Assembly (NCBI GenBank): GCA_010093995.1
Contig: ML992508.1
Span: 1,427,290 to 1,481,146, forward strand
DNA from: Elsinoe ampelina
Taxonomy: Eukaryota
Length of the DNA: 53,857 nt
Reading direction: 5' to 3'
Made by a program: the position numbers and the translations under genes. The notes under the pieces were generated by a model. It was not told the DNA's origin, did no database searches, and saw nothing but the letters and a program-made list of their open reading frames with translations. This document shows, one piece after another, positions 14,850-27,094 of the stretch; within the stretch, counting starts at the first letter, position 1; the number at the start of each line of letters is the position of its first letter.

Positions 14850-15367
14850 AATAAGGAACCCTAATCGGAGTTAGGCATAAATAACTACTAATCCTATAGT
14901 AGAATAGAATTTACTAATAATAGTATTTCCTCCTACTCTAGGACTTAAATACGAGTCTCCTTTAAAGAGATTACTTTCTCTGCCTTATCCTTTAACTTTT
15001 ATATCTCTTCGCGCAGGTAAAGCTTATTACCTATAGCTCTTTAATAAGCCTCTTTTGCCTTTTTATAAGCTTTTTTAGCTTCTCTTCTAGTAGCCTTAGC
15101 TATAACTAATTCCTTTCGTAAACAAATATACTTAGACTAGAGACGCTACTATTTCGATTTTATTACTTAAATATTATAACCTAAGTAGTTACTTACAACA
15201 TACTAGCTATAGATACCCGACTAAATATAGACCTTATAGTCTAGCCCCTTCGATTTGCAACAAGAATAAGCCTATAGTATGTTAGTTCTAAATAGTTTAA
15301 TAAACTTAAAGAGATTCTTTCGTGTAGATATACTAGATTTACTATACCTTTAATAACTAGGAGGCAT
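14850..15367 (-). pseudogene. Antisense ORF of Gypsy A: Zn2Cys6-like cluster plus coiled coil (copy 1)
   Basis: ATG at 15367 conserved in all three copies; de-RIP spacing C-x2-C-x6-C-x8-C-x2-C-x7-C followed by an E/K/A-rich helix. Confidence 0.65.
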
Positions 15368-15441
15368 ATTTAGTACATAGTGCGTAAAGATAAGAAAGAA
15401 TACTTACTTATTAGAATAACTTAATTAAAGGAGGAGAGTAA

Positions 15442-15904
15442 TGTTACAAACTAGTAGGATAGCTAGAACATAGGGACGTTAGGACTAATTAAGCTACCGA
15501 GATTATTACGTAACCTAGCTCGACATTTACCTAGTTCTCTATCTTCTCTAGCGGCTCTACCTCTAAAACTATAGAGCACGTAGGTTACTAGCGGACGTAT
15601 ACTCTATATTACCCCCGACTCTTGCTATAGAGTATATAGAGTATATAAAGAACGTAAGGAAGAATATATATATATAGGAATAGTCCTTACCTTATATAAG
15701 TACTATAGTTAACCTCGTCTAGATAGTAAACACTAGTATTGCTAAGGCTAGCCTTTATAATACTATCTAATTATACTTTATTATCTATAAGATATATCTT
15801 CTTCGACTCTTACCTTAGTACTATACTACTATAGAAGTAGAACTACCTTGTTCTTAGCTTAGCTTAGACTACTAACGTAGGCTATGTTTAGACGGTTTAT
15901 AACA
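15442..15904 (+). repeat. Gypsy A shared central LTR
   Basis: PPT on the left, element leader on the right, no flanking TSD. Confidence 0.93.
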
Positions 15905-16020
15905 TTTTAACTACCCTTACTATAGTATAGCACGCTACAAGGTTAATAAGTAACTCTTGCTCTAAGTTACTATTAGCATCTTCGATCGCTAGTAAGCTAG
16001 GAAAGCTTACTATTAACGAC

Positions 16021-19000
16021 ATGTCTACTACTAGTTTAACCTCGGGTAAACATAGAAGGTCTTTTAGTATAGAAGAATAAAGTAAGCCTAAGTTAGAAGT
16101 AGAACTCTTCTACGGGGACTATGCCTACTTAAGGCGCTTCCTTGTTTAACTTAAAGTCTTCTTTACTCTAGAGAGAGACAAGTACGCTAATAACATAGCA
16201 AAGGTCCTCTATGCTAGAATATACCTTAAAGGCGCCGCCTTCGGGTAGTTCGAGCCTTATATAAGTAGCTACCTAGATAGATAACTAGGCCTAGATATAA
16301 AGGCTATCTTTAAGAGCTTTAGCATCTTCTAGGCAAAGATTAAGTAAGTCTTTAATATATCTAATAAGGAGCGCATCGCTACAATAAAGATCTAACAACT
16401 ATAATAACGTAGGTCTATAGCCTAGTACTATTTCTAGTTTTAATAACTTATAATATATCTAGACTAGGACAATAGTACTAAATACTTAGTATTCTACTAA
16501 GGACTAAGCGACTTAGTTAAAGACTAAATAATACCCGAGCCGCTCGATAGCCTTTAGGAACTAGTAGATACTATAATTACTATTAATAATAGACTTTATA
16601 AACGACATATAGAATGTTATAGAGGATATAAGATAAACACTAGATATACGCGTTTCTCCCGAAACTATAGAGACTCTATAGAACTTAATACTATATGTAA
16701 AGGCTACCCCTTATAGGTACGAGGCTATAGCTATAGAGGAAAGTTCCTTAGTAGAAAAGAGAGAGAGAAGTATAGATAAGATAACCTATGTTTTAAGTGT
16801 AAAAGACTTAAGCATCGAGCTAGAGACTACCGATAAGGGGTACTAGCTAATAGATTACATATAATAGTTGCCGGGCTAGTAGAAAAAAAAGGCTAATACT
16901 ACTATAGAAGACCTAACGACCTTTAGCGTAGGTAAGGAAACATAGAAGAGATCTACGACAACTTAAGAGGTAATAGAATCCTCTCCGGATGTTACGCTTA
17001 ATATCTCTATAACTAATAGCAAATAACAAAGCTAACACGTAACGCTATTATAAATAGTATATTATAATAACTCTTATTATATTTACTTATTAGACAAGCA
17101 AGGATCTAGTTAGTTCCTATATAAGCTATCTAAGCGTAAGCAACTAATAAAATAGCTAGACTAGGGGCTTAACCTAGAAAGGCTCTCTATAATTAGTAGT
17201 AACATTAACTAACCTTAGAAGGTAGTTAGCGACAATTACTAATATACAATTATTAAGACAAAGTATTAGGACGTAAGTGCTATATAATAACATAGTAGCC
17301 TTACCTTTAGCCCTTATAGTAAACTATAAGGAAAGGTATATTATATGTCGCTCTAGAAATGTACAAATCTAAATTATAAATAGTACTATACTATTTACTT
17401 ACACGATGTACTTAGAGAAGAGGCTATTAGTCTTAAATACACTATAGACTTCTCGGTAATTAAAATAGGTAGTACTATTCCCTATAGCTAAATATAGGAA
17501 TATACTCGGTGTAGTCTTACTAACTACAACTATACTAGAGGTAGTAGCGACAAAGAGAAATACGACAAAGGATATACTAAACAACTATAATATAATAACA
17601 CGGATAATAATTTATCTAACAACAACGACGATGTACTACTACTAGGTAAACAACTTAAAGTATACCTTATAGAGATGTAGAGAAACTATATAATAATATA
17701 TACCTATTACTAGAATAGAATATAATAAGACAAATCTACTTAACCTACTTTTGTCTTTAATGCTAATACCTAGCTATACCTAGAGGGAATAGTTATACTA
17801 ATATAAGTATACGACACTACTTAGTATAACTAATAGAGAATTATCGAACTTTACGGTTATTAAGGAACATAAGCACTAGAAGTTTACCTCGCTATATTAA
17901 ACAATAACAAGACACGACTAGCCTAATAGATATAGTACTAATAGTAGATACGCGTAGAAAGGGATTAGCTACTTATCTAAGGCGCTATAATAACAAAAAA
18001 CTAGCTAGTTGTCGCCTAACGAGGCAAGATAATAACACTAGCTAAAGCCTTAATATATTAAAGATCTATATATTAAATTACTTTATACTAGAAGTCTAGA
18101 TACAGGGAAATAAGGTAAGAGCAATAATAGATTCAGGGGCTAACTATAGCTACGTCTCTATAACAGTTGCTAATTAGCTTAAACCTTATTAATATTAGAA
18201 GGAGTTACCTTACCTACTTACTATAGTAGATAGAACCCCTATAGGGAAGAATAGAAAAGTTACTTAGGAACTATAAAATGTTATAATTAGAATTAGAACA
18301 TATATAGAAAAACGATTAATCGATATAGTTAACATATAGTATAATATAGTACTTAGTATAGACTAGCTTTAATAATACAATCTAGACGTAGACTAGATTA
18401 AAAGAACACTTAAATTTCCTAAGTGTAATTATAGGACGTAGAGAGCATAATTAGCTCTATAGATACTAACTATAAGGACAGTATAGGTACGACTAATAGT
18501 TAAAGCTATCGCTAGCGTAAGTAATTAAGTACTTCTGCCGGAATATAAAGACTTCGAGGACTTATTTAAGGAAAGGAAAGGCATTATAGCCTTACTCTAA
18601 TATAAACTATAGAATTACAAAATACCCTTTAAAGAGAGTAAATCCCTAACACACTATTAAGGTCTTATACTACTATCGAAATAAGAGAAGGACGTCCTTA
18701 AGGACTATATTAACAAGTACTTACTTAAAGGATTTATATAACTATTAAAATTACCTATTACATACGGAGTGCTTTTTATACCTAAAAAGAATAAGACATT
18801 ATAAATATATATTAATTACTAGAAACTTAATATACTTACTAGGAAGAATTACTATCCCCTACTAAGGATTAACAAACTTTAAGACCGACTTCTTAGAGCT
18901 AAATAGTTTACTATAATTAATATTAGGGACGCCTATTATTAAGTATAAATAAAGGAGAGCAAGGAGTAGAAAATAGCTTTTAGGATATAATAGAGTTTAT

Positions 19001-21380
19001 ATAAGTACCTCGTTATGCCCTTTAGGTTAACTAACACTCCTATAACCTTCTAAGAGTTAATTAATAATACTCTATAAGAATACCTTAACAACTTTATCTT
19101 AGCATATTTAGATAATATTATTATCTTCTTAAAGATATATAATAAACACATAGGATATGTTTATAAAGTACTATAGAAACTAAAAGAAAAAGACCTACTA
19201 GTAAAGCTCTCTAAATATAAGTTTTATAAACACAAAATACAATTTCTAGGCTATATTATATCTACTAATAGTATCGGACCTAATCTAAGAAAGATTAAGT
19301 TAGTAAACGACTAGCCGGAACCTATAACAGTTAAGGAGGTTTAAGCGCTACTAGAGTTCTTTAACTACTACTACAAGTTTGTTAAAGGATTCTCTAAGGT
19401 AGCTACGCTAATATCTAACCTTATAAAAAAGAAAACTAGCTTTGTCTTTAACAAGAGATATAGGTAGGCCTTTAAGGAGCTAAAGTTTAGACTTATAATA
19501 GTACCTGTCCTAGCACTCTTTAACCTAGACCGATAAGTACTACTAGAAATAGATACCTTAGACTTTGCAATAGAAGCGTATCTAGCGTAAAAGGACGTAG
19601 AAGGATAATGCTACCTAATTATATACTACTTACGAAAAATGACCGGACCTAAACTTAACTACAACATACACGATAAGGAATTACTTATAATTATAGAAGC
19701 GTTCCGCAAATAGAAAGTTTACCTAGAAGGGACAACCTTACCCGTATAAGTCTATACCGACTATAAGAACCTTCTATATTAGACAACAACTAAGGTTCTT
19801 AATAGACAATAGGTTCGATAGTTAGAAACACTTATAAGCTACAACTTCTAGATCTACTATGTTAAGGGATTAGAGAATAGCAAAGTAGACGCTCTTAGCC
19901 GCTAGCTAGATTACTTAAAAAATATAACAATAATAGAGGCCTCTATACTAAAGTAGTAGGATAGCGCTTTAGTCTATAAGCACCCGAAGGTAGAGTAGTT
20001 ATATAGCCTTATCTAGGAGCTTATATAAGAATAGAAGAAAGAAGTTATTTAAATATACTATAATAACCTAATAGCGGAATATAGTAGAATTAATAAGACT
20101 ATTAAACTTATTATATAAAACTACCTCTAGAAAGAACTTCGAAATAATATTAAGATATATATTGCTGCCTATAATACATGCTACAAGTCTAAGCACTTTC
20201 GACATAAACTATATAGTCTACTATAACTCTTACTACCACTAGACAAACTATAGTAATTAGTTATAATAGACTTTATAGAACCTCTACCGCTATTAGAAGA
20301 ACCTCTTATAGGTGTAAAGTACAATAGTATTCTAGTTCTAGTAGATAGACTTATAAAGTATTACTACTTTGTACTATATAAGACAATAGTAACTACTAAG
20401 AATATAGCCTTTACCTTCCTCCGAATAATTATTTTACGACACGGAGTACTATAAGACCTAATAACTAATAGGGATAAGCTATTTACGTTATAATTCTAGC
20501 AATTATTTATAGACCTACTAGGAGTTAAACATAAGCTATTAACCTCCTTTTACCTATAAACGGACAGATAAACTAAATAGACAAATTAAGTACTAGAGTA
20601 GTACCTATAATACTACCTAAACTATAAGTAAGACTTATAGGTAACACTATTACTGCTTATAGAGCTTGCTATTAATAATAGAAAGTTAGCAAATAGAGTT
20701 TTACTATTCTATATAAACTATAGAATACACCTAGATCTATACTATAACACACTCGGAATTAAGCTAATGTCTAAGGATATAAATAGACTAGTAGCTAACA
20801 TTAAGAAGTTATATAACTAGCTATACTAAGATATAGCATTTATATTATAGAGAATAGCAAGGTTTACTAACTAGAAGAGAATTTTAAGACTAATTCTATA
20901 GGAGGGAGAGAAGGTTTACCTCCTTAGTAAAAACATTAAAACAAAATAACTAAGTAAGAAACTTAACTACACTAAACTAGGACCCTTTAAGATCCTAGAA
21001 AAGAAAAACAAAAACGTATATAAACTAGAACTACCTAGATATATAAGGATCTACCTAGTCTTTTATATATTACTATTAGAGAAAGCACTATAGGACGTAG
21101 TACCTAGACCTATCGAACTAGATAAAGAAACATAGAAGCTACGATATAAGATTAAAAGGGTTTTACATTATAAATCTATAAGAGGAAAACGTTACTATCT
21201 TATCTACTAGAAAGGACATTAGTATAGTAAGGCAATATAGGAACTAGAGAAACACCTTACCTTATAAGTAATCCTAGATTATTAAACTAAAAACCTATCC
21301 TAAGTAAACTAACTAGGTAGACCTAACGCTACTAACACTAAACAAAAACAAGAACGCCTAAGAAAGACTACTTAACTAAT
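16021..21380 (+). pseudogene. Gypsy A gag-pol, copy 2
   Basis: Colinear with copy 1 at an offset of 6552-6553 bp; one extra A in the run at 16883-16890. Confidence 0.85.
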
Positions 21381-21994
21381 AGAAGTGCCTTAATTATTAC
21401 TAAATAAGGAACCCTAATTAGAGTTAGGCATAAATAACTACTAATCCTATAGTAGAATAGGATCTACCGACAATAGTATTTCCTTCTACTCTAGGACTTA
21501 AATACGGATCTCCTCTAAAGAGATTACTTCCTCTACCTTGTCCTTTAACTTTTATATCTCTTTACATAGGCGAAGCTTATTACCTATAGCTCTTTAATAA
21601 GCCTCTTTTGCCTTTTTATAAGCTTCTTTAGCTTCCCTTCTAGTAGCCTTAGCTATAACTAATTCCTTTCGTAAACGAATATACTTAGACTAGAGACGCT
21701 ACTATTCCAATTTTGTTACTTAAATATTATAACCTAAGTAGTTACTTACAATATACTAGCTATAGATACCCGACTAAACATAGACCTTATAGTCTAGCCT
21801 CTTCGATTTGTAATAAGAACAAGCCTATAGCATGTTAGTTCTAAATAGTTTAATAAACTTAAAGAGATTCTTTCGTGTAGATATACTAGATTTACTATGC
21901 CTTTAACGACTAGGAGGCATATTTAGTATATAGCGTGTAAAGACAAGAAAGGATACTTACTTATTAGGACAACTTAATTAAAAGAGGAGAGTAA

Positions 21995-22457
21995 TATTAT
22001 AAACTAGTAGGATAGCTAGAACGTAGGGATATTAGGACTAATTAAGCTACTGAGATTATTACGTAACTTAGCCCGACATTTACTCGGTTCTCTATCTTCT
22101 CTAGTAGCTCTACCCCTAAAACTATAGAGCGTATAGGTTACTAGCGGACGTATACTCTATATTGCCCCTGACTCTCGCTACGGAGTATATAGAGCATATA
22201 GAGAACACAAGGGAAAATATATATATATAGGAACAGTTCTTACCTTATATAAGTACTATAGTTAACCTCGTCTAGATAGCGAACACTAGTATTGCTAAGG
22301 CTAGCCTTTATAATACTATCTAATTGTACTTTATTATCTATAAGATATACCTTCTCTAACTCTTACCTTAGTGCTATACTGCTATAGAAGTAGAACTACC
22401 TCGTTCTTAGCTTAGCTTAGACTACTAATGTGAGCTATATTTAGACAGTTTATAACA
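21995..22457 (+). repeat. Gypsy A LTR 3
   Basis: TATTATAAAC...TTTATAACA, followed by TSD TCTAT. Confidence 0.93.
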
Positions 22458-22669
22458 TCTATTTATATAAATAATAGCTGCCTAGCTATTGTTAATAGTT
22501 ACTATTATTACTAGTAATTATAAGCTAAACTAATAGTAAATTCTTACTAATAATTAGCTAACACTAACAATTATAAGCAACTATAAAGAGATAAAGTAAT
22601 AAGCTAATCACTTTACCTATATATAACAGGACAGTTCTCTAGCTTTAACAATCTACACTAGAGGGGGAG

Positions 22670-22811
22670 TGTTGTAATAGAAGGCTAGTACAGCTTCTCT
22701 AGTACTAAAGAACTGGCACTGATGAGTCAGCGCACGCATAGTAGATAAATCGGTTATTATAACTCTCTGAATGAAACATACGTCTCTCGATCCGATTTGC
22801 CAGTTACAACA
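22670..22811 (+). repeat. Copia A 3' LTR (142 bp)
   Basis: Preceded by PPT agagggggag; perfect 8-bp TIR TGTTGTAA/TTACAACA. Partner LTR is outside the window. Confidence 0.78.
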
Positions 22812-23029
22812 GAGCTGACCGCACCTCGCGGCGCAGTTCCACTGCAATCAATCTCTGCGTCCATCATCAACAACAACCATGGATCTGAGACTCAGCTCTT
22901 TGCCTCCATTGCTTCGGATGGTTAAGCCTGAAATCAAAATGGATGCTAGCAACCCATTCACGTGCCTTCGTATGATATGTATGCTGGTGTTGGACCCCAG
23001 TCCGGGTCGTCAGTTTCCATTTCAGCAGC

Positions 23030-25635
23030 ATGTACCGCATCACTTTTATTGCCATCCTCTCACTGGCGAGTACCGTCCAATCTCAACTTTATTGTACTGC
23101 TTCTGTCACAATTGGTGATCAGACGGTTCTTCTAAGGCCTGTAGAAACTGGAATCGGCGAGGGCGCAATCCCCCTCTATGCAGTCAAGCTGCCGCAAGCA
23201 ACTGCTTTCACGGTCTTGCCGGACAACTTAGAGACCATACGCGGGGATCATACATATCGTTATGAACGAAGAGGTACTGTGTATATCGATTCGAGCACAT
23301 ATCAAGTCACTGCAGAGTTGCCATCGGGTTGTCACTCGCTGTCTCATTCGACCACAGCCAGTTCTCCTGCGGCTTCGCAGGCCTTTTCATGGACTCCGGC
23401 TAGTCGTCCAACTTCAAAGGTACACTTGACACTTTCACATTATAAGCTGTTCCAACTAAATCTCATTCGCAGGCCTGGATCCATGCAGAGTCTGCATCTT
23501 CCCGTAAGGATTCGTCGAGGACAGGATGGTCCGTCGACGGACATGCAGATGACAATTTCGGCTCTGGAAATACCAAATCTGTAGCACATGGCGGGATTAC
23601 CGCGGCACCACCAGATCAGCCCACTCACGCCCATCTTGCCGGCCCGGATCACACCCGTGGTGCAATTAATCCAAGTGCAAAACGTTCCTCGACTGAACAA
23701 CAACAATCGAGCTTCACAAAGTCTTCCATATCGTCGGAGATACTTCCAGAGCAGAAGTTACAGACGACAGCGACCGTAACTCCCGTCTCGAAGAGTCCCA
23801 CGAGGGCAACAATGGACAGCTCCTCGGGGGCAATAGGTACAGAGTCGGATAGCCGGATATTCAGTCAGTCATCCCCAGTGAGCGCTGATATGCGGACGCC
23901 CTCCCGGGTATCTCCAGCGACTACCGCTACCATTACTACCGGCGCGAACATCGGAAAGATCATCGCTAGCATGATAGGGCTCACATCCCTGCAAGAATCA
24001 AAGGGCGATGTGGGTCGGACAAGTACATCGAAGCCCCTCGCACAAACCTTCACCAACGAGGGCTCTTCAGCACACTCTAGCCTTTCCACAACACCTGTTG
24101 GGAACGCATCGGAAGCCACCTGGCTCAAGTCACTGTCATCCTCGAGCCAATTGACTATCTCGGACATGACATCCGTCTCGACTCTTGGTGATACCGCGAC
24201 AGTGACAACCCAAAGTCAGATGCCCACAACCGTCTCCAATGACAGGATCAGTAGTGAGGTCTCAATGGCGACGACGATTGGGCCGAGTCCATCCAGCCGG
24301 AGTAGTCAGGAGGACACACCACAGAGCAGCTCCGGGCGCACCGAGCTTGAAAGCTCTCGCACCTCTAGCCTCTCGACGACTAGCAGCTCGTGGCGAAATA
24401 CACAGTCCATTTTGATCAGCAGCAATCAACAAAGATCATCAAGCTCTACAGAAGCTGAGTCCTCAAGGTCGATCATAATACCAGTACCGTTTCCATCCGT
24501 TTCATCGCCAGATTCGCCACCGACTGGTTCAGTATCAGGGTCTCCCACGACTACGTCCTCACTTGGACCGTCTCCGGTAGTGCCAACCCCTGATTCTCCA
24601 CTCTCAATCTCTAATCCCAGTCCACCGACTGCGTCTATGCCTGGTCCACCGCCAACATTTTCCATACCTGGTATTCCTAGCCTGATACCGACCATAGTCA
24701 TACCCAGCCCTCCACCCAAAGTGCCGGTCCCGAGCCCTCCACCCACGGCGCCGGTTCCAAGCCCTCCTCTTACCATAACGGCGAGACCCTCCGCTGATAT
24801 CAGCCTCTCTAGTCCTTCATCGGCAGAGATCTCTACTGCACCGACCACTAGCACTTCTGCAGGCTGCGAGACCCGCACCGGAAGCGTCTGCACACAAGTC
24901 TGCAGTTTTGCTACCAACACCATTGGTATCACGACCTCATCTTCATGCGCACAGCCGAGCTGCCTTCCTTCTCTGGGATGCTCAGCGACCGCAACAACCA
25001 TCACTCATACTTCTACATCAGCCTACTCATTATCACCCGAGCCGCCTGGACTCTTCGCTACGGATGGAAATGGCTTACTGCCGACCTTACTACGATCAGT
25101 CCAGGTAGTCATTCGTCAACCACAAGAGTCTTCAGTATCACCGACTTCCATGTCATCTACAACTGCATCGTCCACATCCGCATCATCAATGGGCTTCACC
25201 CTCATCTCTACCATCCCCGCGCCTGCACCCACCGCATCACTCGCCCCATCTCAGAAGTACATCTACATCAACAACATCAAGAACTGCAGCACCGCCGTCG
25301 CTCGACCTGAGTGCAACTACATCTGGTCCGCTCTCGAGCTCGCCCCAGGCGACCGCAATGCTCCTCGCCCAGACCGATGTAACGATAAAGGAATCTGGTA
25401 CGGCAACCGCACCACCAGTCAACCCAGCTTTCCTGTGGAGGTCGGGCCTTTCGATCTACCTACCTACAAATCTTGCTCGGTTCGCAAGGAGTCAGAGACG
25501 GATGGGGGACAGATTCTTTGTGGGAGTATGGCTACGGCTTGCACGTTTGTGAAGGGAAATGCGAGGACGCTTTGTGGGGGCGCTACGCAGGAGATGGGTG
25601 GGAACAGTGTTTGTGTGTTTGTTGGGATGTTATGA
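23030..25635 (+). CDS. Secreted Ser/Thr/Pro-rich (mucin-like) protein, ~850 aa; exons 23030-23419 and 23473-25635
   Basis: Signal peptide MYRITFIAILSLASTVQSQ. A 53-nt GT..CAG phase-0 intron (23420-23472) joins exon 1 to a frame open through the 607-aa ORF. Internal 6-Cys motif and C-terminal 8-Cys domain. Confidence 0.8.
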
Positions 25636-25802
25636 GGTGTCATGCAGATGGTGGATTACTTGCTGGATGTGGCGCTGGTGAGTACCTGCTCTGCTTGCGA
25701 TGATAAGATGTAGCATTCAAAGGAGGGGTATATGGTGATCATTAGAAAGGTCATTCGGCTGGACGGGCCGTTAGGTTCTCCCGTGAGTTGATAATGCTCT
25801 TA

Positions 25803-26636
25803 TCACTTTCGAATCGTCCCTGATGCTCCGTGCTTGCGTAGTAGTCTGATCATTGCAGTCCGGTCTGTTTCCACTGCAGAATCGCACTTATCGTTTGCTG
25901 CATCCTTCATCCACCCTGTTTGCTGGAGAAGGGGGTCTGGTAACTCATCGACGTTGCGAATGTTGACGGCCTCCATCTGAGTGAGAATGATGAGTATCTA
26001 CCACTATCAGCACATGTGGCTCAATCATTCAAAGTGAATACGTACAGGAATGCCGATGATGCGAGCTTTCTGAGCACTTGCACCCCTCCCGATCAGGAAC
26101 TTGGCAAAAGGCACATCGTTCTCCAGTGAGACAGTCGCGAGGGCATCGCATCTGTCGTTATTGAGCCATTCTATTGGCATGGTAGGATATCGCGCTACGA
26201 GGACCTTGTACATGTCGAGGCCGGCATGATGCTGGAAGATGGCATCGTGAACTGGACGCAACAGCCAGGGCTTCTCATCAACCAGTCCAGGATGACGAGA
26301 CGAGAGGTACGACAAGGCGTCCTTCTGTTTTGAGGCCACACTTGTGATCATCATCTTGCGTAGAAGGTTATCGTCTACTGCGATTTTGCCTGACTGATCC
26401 AGTAGGTACCGAAGTGAGTTTACGTTGCCTTTGGAGCAGGCCAGCAAGACTCGCTCGTTCCATGGTATATTGAACGCAGGAAGTTCTACAGCATCAGACA
26501 CTGTCGCCGAGTCACTCCTGGAATGTGAAGGACTGGATGTCGAATTGACGGATGACCGTGATCGCCGTCTTGGTGTTGCTGTCGCTTTGGCGTCCGCAAC
26601 AGCGGCATCGTACTCGCGGGATGATTGGCAGCCCAT
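25803..26636 (-). CDS. Ankyrin-repeat-like protein with N-terminal MGCQSS acylation motif, 261 aa; exons 26636-26046 and 25997-25803
   Basis: ATG in ccgccATGG context (the track's 26672 start is TTG). 48-nt intron GTACGT..GCTGAT..TAG at 26045-25998. Ankyrin-like segments ACSKGNVNSLRYLLD, ENDVPFAKFLIGRGA, RTAMIRLLRKHGA. Confidence 0.8.
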
Positions 26637-27094
26637 GGCGGTGATTGTCCGAGTGGTTTGACATGTTGTCAATTTGTTTTAGCGGCCTCGAGCATTGATA
26701 TGAAACCATGGCGACCATTGTGCTGCAAGCCCGATCTCAAAATGTTGAGGCTGAGGTTCAGCTGAATGCTCAGCCGCACCACAATGCAGGGACTTGAAAC
26801 AGCCATAGCTGCGAGACTAGCTATATTTTGATCAGTGGTCATGTATCTGGGATGTCCCGATCTAGCTGATCATTGTGCTAGCATTGTGCTAGCGCTTGAC
26901 GATGTGATCGTATTGGTCGAGAAGACGAAACATCGACGGGAGGAGGTAAATGCGGCCGCATGAACGGCCCAGCCTGATCGGATCTGAAGGATTGACCAAG
27001 GGTTCATCCAACAGCCTAAAGAAATGATTTGGAACTTTGCCTAAATAGTGACTTCGTGCTGCAAGCTCTCAATTAGATCATGGAAGACATTGTG

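Larger units (their letters stand above)
8890..22457 (+). mobile_element. Tandem Ty3/Gypsy chromovirus family A (LTR-int-LTR-int-LTR), RIP-inactivated
   Basis: 463-bp LTRs at 8890-9352, 15442-15904 and 21995-22457; one TSD TCTAT (8885-8889, 22458-22462). PPT aaaggaggagagta before LTR2 and a close variant before LTR3. Confidence 0.95.
1..22811 (+). mobile_element. Ty1/Copia family A, RIP-inactivated, 5' part outside window. Own sequence at 1-674, 6023-8889 and 22463-22811, split by two nested insertions
   Basis: De-RIP Copia RT/RNaseH motifs: KWVFKTK (~500), KGLYGLKQ (~6146), YVDD (~6280), AYSDSDFAGD (~6770), SSTEAEY (~6895), RSKHID (~7170). The sequence rejoins across both TSDs. PPT agagggggag precedes the 3' LTR at 22670. 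Confidence 0.85.

Noticed and set aside
22653..23118. Short ORFs 22653-22847, 22867-23055 and 22879-23118
   Set aside because: They overlap the LTR or promoter and have no recognisable motifs.
23812..25635. 607-aa ORF as a stand-alone gene
   Set aside because: The frame is open upstream to the acceptor at 23472; better explained as exon 2 of the gene starting at 23030.
26637..26672. Track's start and stop for the ankyrin ORF
   Set aside because: The start is TTG, whereas ATG 26636 has good context; the stop at 26025 lies inside an intron.
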